Notes under the pieces: generated by a model
Databases searched by the model: none
What the model saw: only the letters and a program-made list of their open reading frames with translations
What the model was told of the DNA's origin: nothing
Part shown: piece by piece, positions 9,817-20,900 of the stretch
Layout of the letters: each line of letters starts with the position of its first letter
Position numbering within the stretch: the stretch's first letter is position 1
Translations under genes and position numbers: made by a program
Source of the DNA: a bacterium
Lineage (GTDB): Bacteria > Zhuqueibacterota > Zhuqueibacteria > Residuimicrobiales > Krinioviventaceae
Assembly (NCBI GenBank): GCA_963693055.1
Contig: OY843751.1
Location: forward strand, 4,224,001 to 4,288,000
Direction: 5' to 3'
Length of the DNA stretch: 64,000 nt

Positions 9817-12126
9817 TTAATAGCTTCTTCCAAATACAAAATGCATTTTCCACTTGGGATCAGGATCACCGTAGGCATCAACACGATCAAATCCATATCC
9901 ATAGTCAAAACCGATAATACCAATCATGGGCATGAAAACTCTGGCACCAATACCTGCAGATCGTCTCATACTGAATGGGTCCGCGTATCTAAAACTCTTC
10001 CACACATCTCCCGCTTCAGCAAACAACAGTGCAAATATTGTTGGATTCGGAGCTATCGGTATACGGATTTCAGCAGTATATTTCATCATTGCCTTTCCAC
10101 CTTCTGCTATACGGCTGTATCCCGACAATGGATCATCATAACCGCGCAAAGGGATAGATTGTGACAATCCGTCACCACCCATAAAAAAGTATTCCTGATA
10201 CGGGATGCTCGAACTTCCGCCAATCGTCTCCATATAGCCAGCCTGGAACCCGGTGTACAATACCAATTTCCAGTACGATGGCATAAACCAGTCTATCTGA
10301 AAACTGTGCTTCTGATAATCAACATTACCACCCAATACCGTACCGGCAAGCTCTGTGGTTAAAGACACTTCAGAACCCGCTGTGGGAAATTCGGGACGAT
10401 CAAGACTGTTTCTTGAAAAAATATGGGTAACACTGCTGCTTATCAAAGGCCAGTCATAAGATACAATACCATTAGGATTGCTTTCAACATAATAGTCATT
10501 AAAATCAGACAAGGTCGTCTGATCATATTGATAAATCCAATCTGTTCTAAAAAAGTTATCGGGCCAGTTCAAACGGCGTCCCAATCTTATAGAACCACCT
10601 CTACTCTGCTGACGATATCCATAATAATACGCGTCACGCTGAGTATCGTAAAAACTGAGACCACCCAAAGTGGGTGTATCCATAACCCAAGGTTCCGTAA
10701 AACTGATGCTGAATGAACGGTAATACTGGCCAAAACTCCAGTTAAAATTCAAACGTTGTCCGTTTCCAAAAAGGTTGGCCATACCAACACCTACACTTCC
10801 AATCAGGCGGTCACGTTCACTCCAGCCTGCGGACATGTTGGCGGTGTCAGTTGATTTTTCTTCAACCTTGAATTCCAGATCAACCTGGTCACCTGATGAG
10901 GGAATTACCTGGGGTTCAACATTGCCAAAATAATTCAGCATCCAAACTTCTCGCTGACTTCTTTCCAACAAAGACCGGTTAAATGTATCACCAGGATAAA
11001 TTCGCAGTTCTCTGCGGATCACCTTTTCCTTGGTTTTGGTATTACCACTCACCCGAATCGCATTGATCTTGGCCTGATTGCCCTCTGTAACATAAAAATG
11101 TAAATTTAGTTTATTGTCCTTATCTTCATCAACAACTTCCTGGGGAGTAATAGTAGAATAAATATAACCTCTGTCATAATACAGACTACCAATATGCTGA
11201 TAAACAGCTTCATCCAGCTTTTGTTTGCTGTAAACATCACCACTATCAAAACGCAAATTGGCTGTTAATTCATCATTAGAAAAGAGTTCATTTCCTTCCC
11301 AGCTAATATCTCCAAAAATGTACTGTTTGCCTTCCGAAACCCAAATATCAACAAACATGTCATCTTTTTCTTCATTATAATATATCGAATCTTTGAGTAC
11401 TTCAGCGTCTCTGTAACCCTCATTCTGGTAAAAACTGATTAAATTTACCAGATCTTCATCATACTTTTCACGATCAAAATCCGCACCGCGCCACCAGCGG
11501 TCTTCTTTGATCTCTTTGAATGATTTTTTTAATTTTTTGTCACTAAATGCTGTATTGCCATAAAAATTAATTTTTTCTACCTGTACTTTTTTCCCTTCAT
11601 TCATATAAAACCGAACAATCACCCGGTTAGAATCAGTTTTTGAAGGAATTTCCGAAGTATTTACCTCTGCAAGCAAATACCCTTTTTCTTTATACATTTC
11701 ATAAATCTTTGTACGAGATCTTGCAAGTAAGGTGGGATTTATAACCTGGCCACTGTAAAAATTTAATTCTTCTTCAATATCATCGGTTTTTAATTTCTTG
11801 TTACCGGCTATCTCTACCGTATCCAACCGGGGATATTCTTTAATCTTGATGGTAATATAAATACCCTGGGCAAGTTCCTGATCTACTACTACCTGAATAT
11901 CAGAGAACAATTCCAACCGCCATAACTGTTTTATAGCGTCTTGAATACTTTCACCGGTAATTTCAGTACCGGGTACCAGTCCCGAGTTCAAACGTACCAT
12001 ACTGGGATCCGTCGTAACAGCTCCCTCAACAGATACATCCAAAATTTTCACTGCCCGACGTTGTGCCGAGGCCATTGTTGTTAAAAGAATAAATACTACT
12101 AAAACGAGTTCAAATCTAATCCGCAT
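9817..12126 (-). CDS. bamA: outer membrane protein assembly factor BamA
   Basis: POTRA repeats (GNKKL, GNTAFS, GNELFS, GNTKTKEKVIRREL), LRGY loop, C-term HFVFGRSY. Start moved to ATG 12126 (GGTGAGG RBS, signal peptide follows); ORF track starts at 12168. Confidence 0.95.
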   Translation of the reverse strand: MRIRFELVLVVFILLTTMASAQRRAVKILDVSVEGAVTTDPSMVRLNSGLVPGTEITGESIQDAIKQLWRLELFSDIQVVVDQELAQGIYITIKIKEYPRLDTVEIAGNKKLKTDDIEEELNFYSGQVINPTLLARSRTKIYEMYKEKGYLLAEVNTSEIPSKTDSNRVIVRFYMNEGKKVQVEKINFYGNTAFSDKKLKKSFKEIKEDRWWRGADFDREKYDEDLVNLISFYQNEGYRDAEVLKDSIYYNEEKDDMFVDIWVSEGKQYIFGDISWEGNELFSNDELTANLRFDSGDVYSKQKLDEAVYQHIGSLYYDRGYIYSTITPQEVVDEDKDNKLNLHFYVTEGNQAKINAIRVSGNTKTKEKVIRRELRIYPGDTFNRSLLERSQREVWMLNYFGNVEPQVIPSSGDQVDLEFKVEEKSTDTANMSAGWSERDRLIGSVGVGMANLFGNGQRLNFNWSFGQYYRSFSISFTEPWVMDTPTLGGLSFYDTQRDAYYYGYRQQSRGGSIRLGRRLNWPDNFFRTDWIYQYDQTTLSDFNDYYVESNPNGIVSYDWPLISSSVTHIFSRNSLDRPEFPTAGSEVSLTTELAGTVLGGNVDYQKHSFQIDWFMPSYWKLVLYTGFQAGYMETIGGSSSIPYQEYFFMGGDGLSQSIPLRGYDDPLSGYSRIAEGGKAMMKYTAEIRIPIAPNPTIFALLFAEAGDVWKSFRYADPFSMRRSAGIGARVFMPMIGIIGFDYGYGFDRVDAYGDPDPKWKMHFVFGRSY

Positions 12127-12204
12127 TTCCTCACCTGTTTTCACAATTTCTAAATGTAATAAATTCATCCATTATTGTAAAGGAAAAATACAAATTCCTT
12201 TCAA

Positions 12205-15200
12205 TTAAAATGGAAACCAGTGCCGAAGCACGATTCGCTTATCATCCCTGTTCTCTCGTTGCCATATCAAACTATCGTAATCGTACTCAAGTTCCAATAA
12301 AAGGCGAGGATTTATCTGATATTCTAATCCCATGCGGTGATGTAACCCCACATTAATATCTTTGTAACGATAATCAATCCCGGATTCAACTTGACCTGTA
12401 TACTGGAAAAATACATTATCCACAATATATTTGCCCACCACAAGACGGGTACTTTTCAATAGAGACAACCTGTTGTTTACCCTAAGGTTATTGTTTAAGT
12501 TAAATTCTAAAAGATTTTTAGCAAACATGGAGCTGAACCGAACATAATCCAACCCAAAGGTCTTTTCCAATGACTTTTCAACCGGCCGAATCAAAGGCCG
12601 TAAAATTAAATTTTCTGTTCCAAAACCAATTGCGTCAATTGCAGGATTTTGCTGTAACGTAGCGTTCGAATATCCCAATGTAGATAAAATTTGTCGTTCC
12701 GATGCACCCACACTCGGATTATCAGACGATAATTTAAACCGAATCTGGTTCCACCTGCCCCGGGTATCCTCTAAACGGGCAATATCATCAACCGGCTTTT
12801 TGTCCATAGTAATATCATGTGTTTGCATGGTAAGATAAATTTGTGAAGGAATTCCCGCAGAATCGGCCACGGTTGTTCTCGCATTTCCGTAAACCACCGG
12901 CTCAAGTGTGCTTTTATCAAACTCTGCGCCGGCCCGCTCTATCCTGAAATCCATTCCCAGATATTCAATCACTCCTTTTGTGGAACGCGCTTCACCAATT
13001 ATTCTAAAACTTTCATCCTTTAACTGCCCCGCAAAACCCAGCTCACTGTATTTCTCATTTATTTGCAAATTCACATAAACATTATCAATAGCACCGGGAA
13101 AAGTTTTAACATACCTTACATCCTGAATGGGTTTAACCAGAATATCCCACTCCATCCGCATGAAAAAATCTTCTACTACAGGATCAGGGGTAGATGTTCC
13201 TTCATAAAACGGATACATGATCTCGGTATCATACAACTGTATGGTTCCTCTAAATGTAGGATTCCCATCTATCCAGGCAAAATAAAAATGGTCTTCGCCA
13301 TCCCTGCCAATCATTTCAAGGTTACCATAAACTCCGGGCTCCATTAGGCCTTCAATATTCAGCGGCACCCCTTTATCAAATGACTGGGGAATAACAATCC
13401 CCAAACTCAATCCCGTGTCACCTATCAGTATATTTTCCAAAGGTTTGGATGAATTAACCGGCGCCAGCGTATTAGATATCCTGAAAGGCTTTCCCCCCAT
13501 CTTGCCGGTAATATACTTTGCATGAATAAACTGATCATCGGGAACAAACTCAAAATCCCCCCTCAACTCGGTCATGGGAGGTATCACACCATTGCAATAC
13601 ATATCTCCATTTTCAAGCTTTAATGTAGCAGCTTCCAATACAGGATTCTCAGGTGAACCACTAACGCTGGCATTAAACTCGCAATCACTATGCGGTTCTT
13701 TAAAAAAATTAACCTTGTCAGACAATATCTGCAAAAAATTACCTTCACCTGTCAGATTAATGTACAAACTGTCTCTATTATGGAACGGATAAATACCATT
13801 TCCTCTAACCTCATAATAATCATGGCGGGTCAGCCTGAAATCATCAATAAACAATCCGGCATAGTCACTTTCACCGGCACCCAGATCAACCTCAATCTCA
13901 TCAAAGGGAACGTCATAAACACTGCCATCCTTTACAGCAAACAAACCCTCAACCCTGGGGTTCCTGGCACTACCAGTCAAACTGATATCAACCAGACCAT
14001 TTCCAATAAATGCGGGCTCTTCATCTTCGGGTGTAATAAATATTTCTTCAAAATTAAATCCCGCGCCTTTTACAAAAAAATCCAGACTATCAGATAATGT
14101 ATTGTAACTACCTTGTGTATACAAAAGTGTAGCATCTGACGAATTTAAGGTCAAATGCGGAACAGACAAATTAGCACTGTCCAGACCAATCTCCATATGG
14201 GCACTATAAGGTCCCAGGGTTTCATATCGCAAATCTTTTAAATCCAGCTCTGATTTCAATTTCGGATATTGCCGACTACCGGATATATCCAGATTCATAT
14301 CCAAAGTACCGTTAAATTTAGTCTCACGGGTTTTGTAAAAATCAGAAATCTCTAAAGATTTGGCAGAAACATTACCAGATAATAGATTATAATCTGTCAA
14401 CGTAACATTAGCAAACAACTGATCAGCAAGATTAAACTGATTTAAAACAATTTTGTTCTTTTCCTGATGAAAACGAAATTCACCGTCTAACCGGTATTCC
14501 TCGTCGGGATACAAATCGAATTTACCCCAACCATTCAGTTGCTTCTTGTTACTAAACTCCATTTGAACATTGGCAAATCCATTACGAAAATACCCACCCT
14601 CTACTCTATTAATTCTGCCAAACAAACGATGTTCTTTATTGGTTCCACTCAATCGGCCTGAAACTGAAAAATTTTTCAAAAAATAATCTGCAAACGGCAT
14701 ATGGAAATGAGGTAAAATATATTTTTGAAGCTCCTCAAATTGAATATCCCAGCTTAGGGGTGAAGACAAATTGATGGATGCAGTAATATCTGAACTACTG
14801 TCAGGATTAATTTCAAGTTTATTCTCTGCCAGTAAAACATGAACAGGTAACAATGTTGTATCTAAATCCTGAGACACGAGCTGAATTCTACCTGCTCCAT
14901 CAACTATGGGTGATTCCAAACTGCCATAAATATCTGCAGAAAGCGATGTACCAAATTTTTCGAGCTTATCAGCACCAAAACCCATCAATTCCCGGGTCAT
15001 ATCTCCTTCAATAGATAGATTACCCAGCATAGGCTTTCCATCTAAACCTAAATCCAAAACCCCAAGCAGTGATATTTGATTACTCAACAGATTAAAATCA
15101 CACTGATTAAAATAGAATTTATTTTTATTAAACCGACTATCAATATCAATATTCTTGACAGTTACCTTGTTATACAACAGACTATCAGCATGGATACGAT

Positions 15201-16317
15201 TCACCAAATCAAAATTAGTAATTGTACCGGAAAGATGGGCATCTACCTCTACAGATCCATCAAATTTTTCCGCAAAATTTCCCTCAAGTAACGGAGAAAA
15301 ATTTTCAAACTCTACGTGCGGGCTCTTTAGTTGAAGATCAAAGTAAGGAAACACAACATTATAGATTTTACCTGTTATTTCCATATATGAATCATTAATC
15401 CGTTGCGAAGCATTGTCAACAATCAGGTTCCAATCTTCAATATGAGACACCAGATTCATATCGGTAATCTGATAAATATCATCATACAACTCGGCCCCCG
15501 CATCTTTTATCCGCAAATCCCCGGATAAATCAAATCCCTCTTTGCCGGGTATACGTTCAAGATTCATTACCCCATTCACCTCGCCGGAAGTAAACCGCAA
15601 ATCAGGTACAAGCTCTTCAGGTATATAATCTTTAAGCTTGTAACGCATCAACTCAGCTCTAATGTGCGATATTGTGCCCTTTTTATTATGTGCCCGGGCC
15701 AGAATATTTAAATTGGCTTCGTTAGAATTGAATAATTTCCCCGTCAGGCGTAAATCAATAGAATCTGCCTTGTCTACGAAAAACCCACCTTCAATAGAAT
15801 GCGCAAGAAGAATGTTTAATGAATCATGAACCTGATAATACAACTCTCCATCAATAATAGATAAACGGTTCAAAATCTCTAGTCGTTGAAACTGCTTTTT
15901 GTATGTATCCTTAATTTCAGAAAAATTGGGATAAGAAAGTACTTTTTGAGTAGTATCCGATTGTTGTACACGGATATACAAACTAGGGTGATCAATCAAA
16001 ATATCCTGGGATATCGTTTGCGCATTAATGCCCTGTACCAACATCTTGAACAGATTAAAACCAACCCGAATGTTCTCTACAGAAACATCAAATTGCTTAT
16101 CCGGCAGTGGAATATCTACATCTGTGAACCGAACATTGCCAAAACCCAGCTTGACTTCTGAAATCGTACAATTTTCACCAAGCATAGGTCGAATCTGTTC
16201 AAGTACATAATTTTTGATCCGTTCATTTGCCTTAAAGTATTGTAAACCATAAAGATAAGCAATTACAATAATAACAAGCAAAGCAAATACAAATAGGACC
16301 CATTTACGTTCGCGCAA
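12205..16317 (-). CDS. TamB/AsmA-like large periplasmic beta-rich protein
   Basis: 1370 aa, one N-terminal TM anchor, continuous amphipathic beta-strands, C-term VGKYI...YQINPRLLLE resembling the DUF490 end; directly upstream of bamA. Confidence 0.7.
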   Translation of the reverse strand: MRERKWVLFVFALLVIIVIAYLYGLQYFKANERIKNYVLEQIRPMLGENCTISEVKLGFGNVRFTDVDIPLPDKQFDVSVENIRVGFNLFKMLVQGINAQTISQDILIDHPSLYIRVQQSDTTQKVLSYPNFSEIKDTYKKQFQRLEILNRLSIIDGELYYQVHDSLNILLAHSIEGGFFVDKADSIDLRLTGKLFNSNEANLNILARAHNKKGTISHIRAELMRYKLKDYIPEELVPDLRFTSGEVNGVMNLERIPGKEGFDLSGDLRIKDAGAELYDDIYQITDMNLVSHIEDWNLIVDNASQRINDSYMEITGKIYNVVFPYFDLQLKSPHVEFENFSPLLEGNFAEKFDGSVEVDAHLSGTITNFDLVNRIHADSLLYNKVTVKNIDIDSRFNKNKFYFNQCDFNLLSNQISLLGVLDLGLDGKPMLGNLSIEGDMTRELMGFGADKLEKFGTSLSADIYGSLESPIVDGAGRIQLVSQDLDTTLLPVHVLLAENKLEINPDSSSDITASINLSSPLSWDIQFEELQKYILPHFHMPFADYFLKNFSVSGRLSGTNKEHRLFGRINRVEGGYFRNGFANVQMEFSNKKQLNGWGKFDLYPDEEYRLDGEFRFHQEKNKIVLNQFNLADQLFANVTLTDYNLLSGNVSAKSLEISDFYKTRETKFNGTLDMNLDISGSRQYPKLKSELDLKDLRYETLGPYSAHMEIGLDSANLSVPHLTLNSSDATLLYTQGSYNTLSDSLDFFVKGAGFNFEEIFITPEDEEPAFIGNGLVDISLTGSARNPRVEGLFAVKDGSVYDVPFDEIEVDLGAGESDYAGLFIDDFRLTRHDYYEVRGNGIYPFHNRDSLYINLTGEGNFLQILSDKVNFFKEPHSDCEFNASVSGSPENPVLEAATLKLENGDMYCNGVIPPMTELRGDFEFVPDDQFIHAKYITGKMGGKPFRISNTLAPVNSSKPLENILIGDTGLSLGIVIPQSFDKGVPLNIEGLMEPGVYGNLEMIGRDGEDHFYFAWIDGNPTFRGTIQLYDTEIMYPFYEGTSTPDPVVEDFFMRMEWDILVKPIQDVRYVKTFPGAIDNVYVNLQINEKYSELGFAGQLKDESFRIIGEARSTKGVIEYLGMDFRIERAGAEFDKSTLEPVVYGNARTTVADSAGIPSQIYLTMQTHDITMDKKPVDDIARLEDTRGRWNQIRFKLSSDNPSVGASERQILSTLGYSNATLQQNPAIDAIGFGTENLILRPLIRPVEKSLEKTFGLDYVRFSSMFAKNLLEFNLNNNLRVNNRLSLLKSTRLVVGKYIVDNVFFQYTGQVESGIDYRYKDINVGLHHRMGLEYQINPRLLLELEYDYDSLIWQRENRDDKRIVLRHWFPF

Positions 16318-16351
16318 ACATTATTCCCAAATAATACAACTAAAAAATTAC

Positions 16352-16372
16352 AAAAAAAGCGGAATAATCCGC
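16352..16372 (-). terminator. weak intrinsic terminator after uppS
   Basis: Minus strand GCGGA-TTAT-TCCGC followed by T7. Confidence 0.45.
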
Positions 16373-16423
16373 CCATAGTAATTATACAAATACAAAAATA
16401 TTAGGTTCCGGTTAAAATCAATT

Positions 16424-17179
16424 TCAGGATTGCATTTGTTCACTGACTTTGCCAAACCGTCTTTCCCGCTGTTGATAAGATTCAATCGCATCCAAAAAAT
16501 CTGATTCGTGAAAATCCGGCCACAAAGTGGATGTAATATAGAGTTCGGTATAAGCAAGCTGCCATAATAAAAAGTTACTAATTCGCATTTCACCACTGGT
16601 TCGGATCAAAAGATCCGGATCACCAATCTCAACAGTTTGCAGGTACTCACTAAAAACTTTTTCGTCAACTTGCGATATGTCTAGCTTCCCATCCTGGATA
16701 TCTTTATAAAGGGTCCTAAAAGACTGAAGAATTTCGTTTCTTCCGCTGTAACTCAAGGCGAGGTTCAGGATCAAGCCTGTATTCTTGCTTAATTTTTTAA
16801 TCGTGTTCTTAATACCAAGACGTGGCGCCATTGGCAACACATCTATATCACCAATTGCCATTAGACGCACATTTTTTTTATTTAAATCGTTTACCTCTTC
16901 CTTAATCGTGGAAACCAGTAAACTCATCAAAGCAGAAACTTCTTGTCTGGGACGTCTCCAGTTTTCAGATGAAAACGTATACAAGGTCAATGCTTTTATA
17001 TCCAACGAACCAGCGGCCTCTACAATATCACGAACTGAATTTACTCCTTCACGGTGGCCTTCAATCCTGTCAAGACCTCTTTTTTTTGCCCATCTGCCAT
17101 TTCCATCCATAATAATAGCAACATGAGCTGGAACCGGTCCCTGATTTTTTATTATTTCAATTCTTGCTTCATCCATCAA
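16424..17179 (-). CDS. uppS: undecaprenyl diphosphate synthase
   Basis: HVAIIMDGNGRWA, YTFSSENWRRP, PDLLIRTSGEMRISNFLLWQ, RERRFG. Confidence 0.97.
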   Translation of the reverse strand: MMDEARIEIIKNQGPVPAHVAIIMDGNGRWAKKRGLDRIEGHREGVNSVRDIVEAAGSLDIKALTLYTFSSENWRRPRQEVSALMSLLVSTIKEEVNDLNKKNVRLMAIGDIDVLPMAPRLGIKNTIKKLSKNTGLILNLALSYSGRNEILQSFRTLYKDIQDGKLDISQVDEKVFSEYLQTVEIGDPDLLIRTSGEMRISNFLLWQLAYTELYITSTLWPDFHESDFLDAIESYQQRERRFGKVSEQMQS

Positions 17180-17257
17180 TTTGTTTCTCTAGTATATACA
17201 CAATCTACAAATTTATTGAAAAAATCATCAATTGCAAGAATAATAAAAAGATAATTC

Positions 17258-17294
17258 AAAAAAAAAGCCCCGTATTAGCATCTCTATACGGGGC
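17258..17294 (-). terminator. intrinsic terminator after the TPR lipoprotein gene
   Basis: GCCCCGTAT...ATACGGGGC stem followed by T9 on the minus strand. Confidence 0.8.
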
Positions 17295-17316
17295 AATATA
17301 TTTTATCTATATATTC

Positions 17317-18408
17317 TTATTTTTGCAGTTCTTCAGCTTTCTTAAAACATGCTACACCTTCATCCTGATTGCCGGATTGGATGTGAGCCACACCAAGATT
17401 ATTCCACAAATTTACATTTTCAGGCTGTGCTTCAACACCTTTTTTCAAATAAGGAATAGAATTGGTATAAAAAGTTTTCATTGCTTCACGTTCTCCAGCA
17501 GCAACGGTTTCACCATTATTTTCTTTTTCGACCAGTTTTTTGCGCATCTCATCAGCAATACTCAAATAAGCGTTACCAACATTAATATTTGCATCAATAT
17601 CAGAAGGATCGTTTGCAATTACTCTTTCAAACAATTTGATAGCTTCTTCATATTCGCCACGCATATAATGCAAACGTGCTAAATTAAACAACAGGTCCTT
17701 AGCATCTGGATTTTTTTCGATAGCTTTTTTATAGATTTCCATTGCCTCATCTTTTTTACCCAGGAAATCAAGAGCCAGGGCCAAATTAGAAATAGCATCA
17801 GTATTATCAGGATCTTTTTCCAACAATGTTTTTTCAAGATCCACTACTTTTTGAAACTCTTTATCTTCAAAATAAGCACCTGCAAGCGCTTGAACAACTT
17901 CAGAATCATCAGGATTCATTTCAACAGCTTTTTCATAAGTTTCTTTTGACTTTTCCTTATCACCATTCTGTGTATATGCAATCGCCAGATTACGATATGC
18001 TTCGGCACGATTTGGATCAACAGTCAAACAGGTCTCAAATTGATTGATAGCACCTGCAAGGTCACCACTATTAATTCGATTTACACCAGAGTTAAAAGCA
18101 GTTACCCAATATTTATCACGGCTGCTTTTAATTTGAGCTTCGTAAGTAGGTGCCAGTTCAAGAGATTTATTATACATTTCATTCATCTTTTCCCATTCAC
18201 CCTGGTTTCCGTAACCTTCTCCCAGGAGATAAGGGGCTTCAGCATTAGTAGGGTAAAGCTGTACAGCTTGTTCCAGCTGAGTAATTGCATTATTCCAGTC
18301 ATCCTGTTGAATATACACTTTTGCGGAAGTGAGTTCTTTGGGAGTACATCCCATGAATGCAACCATTCCGATTAGAATAAACATGACTGCAAAATAACGA
18401 ATCTTCAT
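17317..18408 (-). CDS. tetratricopeptide repeat lipoprotein
   Basis: Lipobox AFMGC; many TPR units (AYRNLAIAY, AISNLALAL, LWNNLGVAH). Confidence 0.85.
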   Translation of the reverse strand: MKIRYFAVMFILIGMVAFMGCTPKELTSAKVYIQQDDWNNAITQLEQAVQLYPTNAEAPYLLGEGYGNQGEWEKMNEMYNKSLELAPTYEAQIKSSRDKYWVTAFNSGVNRINSGDLAGAINQFETCLTVDPNRAEAYRNLAIAYTQNGDKEKSKETYEKAVEMNPDDSEVVQALAGAYFEDKEFQKVVDLEKTLLEKDPDNTDAISNLALALDFLGKKDEAMEIYKKAIEKNPDAKDLLFNLARLHYMRGEYEEAIKLFERVIANDPSDIDANINVGNAYLSIADEMRKKLVEKENNGETVAAGEREAMKTFYTNSIPYLKKGVEAQPENVNLWNNLGVAHIQSGNQDEGVACFKKAEELQK

Positions 18409-18545
18409 TATTAACTCCTATTATTAAATTTAAAATTCAATAAATTTACTTAAATTTATATTTCAAATCAAGAAAATTTTTATTTTCCATTTAAATTAAA
18501 CATTCTAACTAGCTATTAATTCACAACTTTTTTCTAAAATTATTA

Positions 18546-19595
18546 TTAAAACAATTTTTCTATAGCTTCCTTGTACGGAGCTTTTAATATTCCTTTTTCT
18601 GTTACAATAGCAGTGATATTACTTGCCGGTGTTACATCAAACGCAGGATTATAGACCTTGACATCCTCAGGGGCAATAAATTGACCATTAATTTTGAGTA
18701 CTTCTTCATCACTACGTTCTTCAATTGGAATTTCATTACCACTATTCAATTGAACATCAAAAGTTGAAAGCGGTGCAGCTACTATAAATGGAATATTGTG
18801 CTCCTTGGCTAAAATAGATAATCCATATGTACCTATCTTGTTAGCCACATCACCATTTGCTGCAATACGGTCTGCACCCACTATTACGGCATTTACAAGT
18901 CCTTGTTTCATTACCACAGCCGCCATACTATCACAGATCAATGTAGTATCTATTTCATCTTCCATCAACTCAAACGCAGTCAATCGCGAGCCTTGTAACA
19001 AGGGGCGCGTTTCGTCTGCATATACTTTAACTTTCTTACCAACTTTTACGGCTTCTCTTACAATACCCAATGCGGTGCCATAATCTCCGGTTGCCAATGC
19101 ACCTGCGTTACAATGGGTTAAAATATTCGCTCGATTTTCAAGCAACTGCACTCCATACCGGCCTATTTGTTTACAGCGTTCAATATCATCTTCAAGCAGT
19201 CGTTGTGCCTTTTTCAAGAGCGCCAGTTTAGTTTCGCGTAATGACTTGTTCAGGTTTGAAGATAATGTTTTGCGCATTGCATCCAAGGCCCAGAATAAAT
19301 TCTTGGCTGTAGGACGCGTGGCTTTAAGCTCATCAATTGCCTTGTTTGCAATCATTAAAAAACCGGGACGATCAGATTCATCCAGGTACCACACAGCTAA
19401 AACAACACCAAATGCTGCGGCAATACCAATAGCAGGAGCACCTCTCAAACTCATATTTTTAATGGAATTAACAATTCCATGATAATCTGATATTTCCAAC
19501 AAAACCAACTCTTCGGGCAGTTTTCTCTGGTCCAGTATCCGTACTTTTCCATCATGCCATTGTATAGATTTAACATCCTGCATAAATGATCCCAA
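18546..19595 (-). CDS. mtnA: S-methyl-5-thioribose-1-phosphate isomerase
   Basis: LDQRKLP, RGAPAIG, RPTAKNL, THCNAGALAT, ETRPLLQGSRLT, NKIGTY, NPAFDVTP. Confidence 0.95.
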   Translation of the reverse strand: MGSFMQDVKSIQWHDGKVRILDQRKLPEELVLLEISDYHGIVNSIKNMSLRGAPAIGIAAAFGVVLAVWYLDESDRPGFLMIANKAIDELKATRPTAKNLFWALDAMRKTLSSNLNKSLRETKLALLKKAQRLLEDDIERCKQIGRYGVQLLENRANILTHCNAGALATGDYGTALGIVREAVKVGKKVKVYADETRPLLQGSRLTAFELMEDEIDTTLICDSMAAVVMKQGLVNAVIVGADRIAANGDVANKIGTYGLSILAKEHNIPFIVAAPLSTFDVQLNSGNEIPIEERSDEEVLKINGQFIAPEDVKVYNPAFDVTPASNITAIVTEKGILKAPYKEAIEKLF

Positions 19596-19598
19596 TTT

Positions 19599-20891
19599 TT
19601 ATAAATAATTGTCTAATAATTTTGAAATTTTTTCTGATGCGCCTGTATTCTGTTTGATAAAATTCAGAGCACGAGTCCCGGTTTCGCGTAACTTGTCCGG
19701 ATGGTTAATAAAATCATCCAGAACGTTTAAAAGGTCGCTTTCACCTTTAATCTCTTTTGCACCTTTTGCATCAATCAGGAACCGGGGCTCAACCGAAATG
19801 ATATTTCTAGGCCCAAAACATACAGCACAACCATGTGCTGCCGGCTCTAGCACATTATGAACACCAGGGCTGAATCCACCACCAACATAAGCTAATAATC
19901 CCAATGCATATAAATTGGCAAGTAATCCGATACGGTCAATAATTAAAAACCGAAAATCCCGTTGCTCAGGAGCTTGCTCCAATTGCGATAATCTTACAAA
20001 AGGTATATCATGAGTTTTTAATAATCCCTCTATTAGCGCAATATGCTCGGCTGTTGTTTCATGAGGCGCAAGTACAAATCTAAATTCAGGATCAGATTTT
20101 AATACAGAAACAGTCGCAGGTATCCACAATTTATCATCTGTTGGCCAGGTACTACCAATAATACATGTCTTTTCATGGACAAAATATTTTTCATCAATCA
20201 GCCACTGAATTTTATCAAGCTGACGACTCCGTTGCAGCACTCTGTCATACCGTGTATCACCAAAATTTTCTATATTACTTTTATCAGAATACAACATTTC
20301 AAACCGTTCAGAGCTCTTGTCCGATACAGTCAAAATCTTGTTAAATCCTTCAAGCACAGTTCGAAAAGGGACTCTGAACCTGTAGTATGTCTTTTCATTC
20401 TTGTCCGTAATACTTGCGTCAATAAGGAATGAGGGCATTTTTCTTTTACGTATTTGCCATTGCACATTGGGCCAAATATCATGACGGACTGTTATCGCAA
20501 CAGCCGGTTTTACAATTTTTAAAAAGCGTCTTATATGAAACCAGCCGTCAATAGGCATGTAGGTTATTACCAAACGGGGATGCTGAAATTTTATATTGGT
20601 ATATGCTGATGGAGAAAAAACGGATAAAATAACAATTGCATTTTTAAAACGCCCCAGTACTTGTTCAATTACCGGCATTCCCTGCTCAAATTCACCCATT
20701 GAAGCAACATGTATCCAAATTCGTTGCTGCACATTTTCAAATTCTGACAGATTTTGCTCAAGCCGTTTGAATAATCCTATCCTACCCAGAATACCCTTGC
20801 GAATTTTAGGATTAAAAAATACGGCAATATGTACAAGAATAAAAAAAAGTGGAATGAATAAAAAATTATAAATCAAAAAAAAAGGTGTCAT
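19599..20891 (-). CDS. waaA: 3-deoxy-D-manno-octulosonic acid transferase
   Basis: WIHVASMGEFEQ, GDTRYD, IIGSTW, YVGGGF..GVHNVLEPA. Confidence 0.92.
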   Translation of the reverse strand: MTPFFLIYNFLFIPLFFILVHIAVFFNPKIRKGILGRIGLFKRLEQNLSEFENVQQRIWIHVASMGEFEQGMPVIEQVLGRFKNAIVILSVFSPSAYTNIKFQHPRLVITYMPIDGWFHIRRFLKIVKPAVAITVRHDIWPNVQWQIRKRKMPSFLIDASITDKNEKTYYRFRVPFRTVLEGFNKILTVSDKSSERFEMLYSDKSNIENFGDTRYDRVLQRSRQLDKIQWLIDEKYFVHEKTCIIGSTWPTDDKLWIPATVSVLKSDPEFRFVLAPHETTAEHIALIEGLLKTHDIPFVRLSQLEQAPEQRDFRFLIIDRIGLLANLYALGLLAYVGGGFSPGVHNVLEPAAHGCAVCFGPRNIISVEPRFLIDAKGAKEIKGESDLLNVLDDFINHPDKLRETGTRALNFIKQNTGASEKISKLLDNYL

Positions 20892-20900
20892 TATGCGGAC

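Noticed and set aside
17317-18408. TPR lipoprotein as BamD
   Set aside because: Longer than typical BamD, no BamD-specific motifs recognised, and separated from the bam cluster by a terminator.
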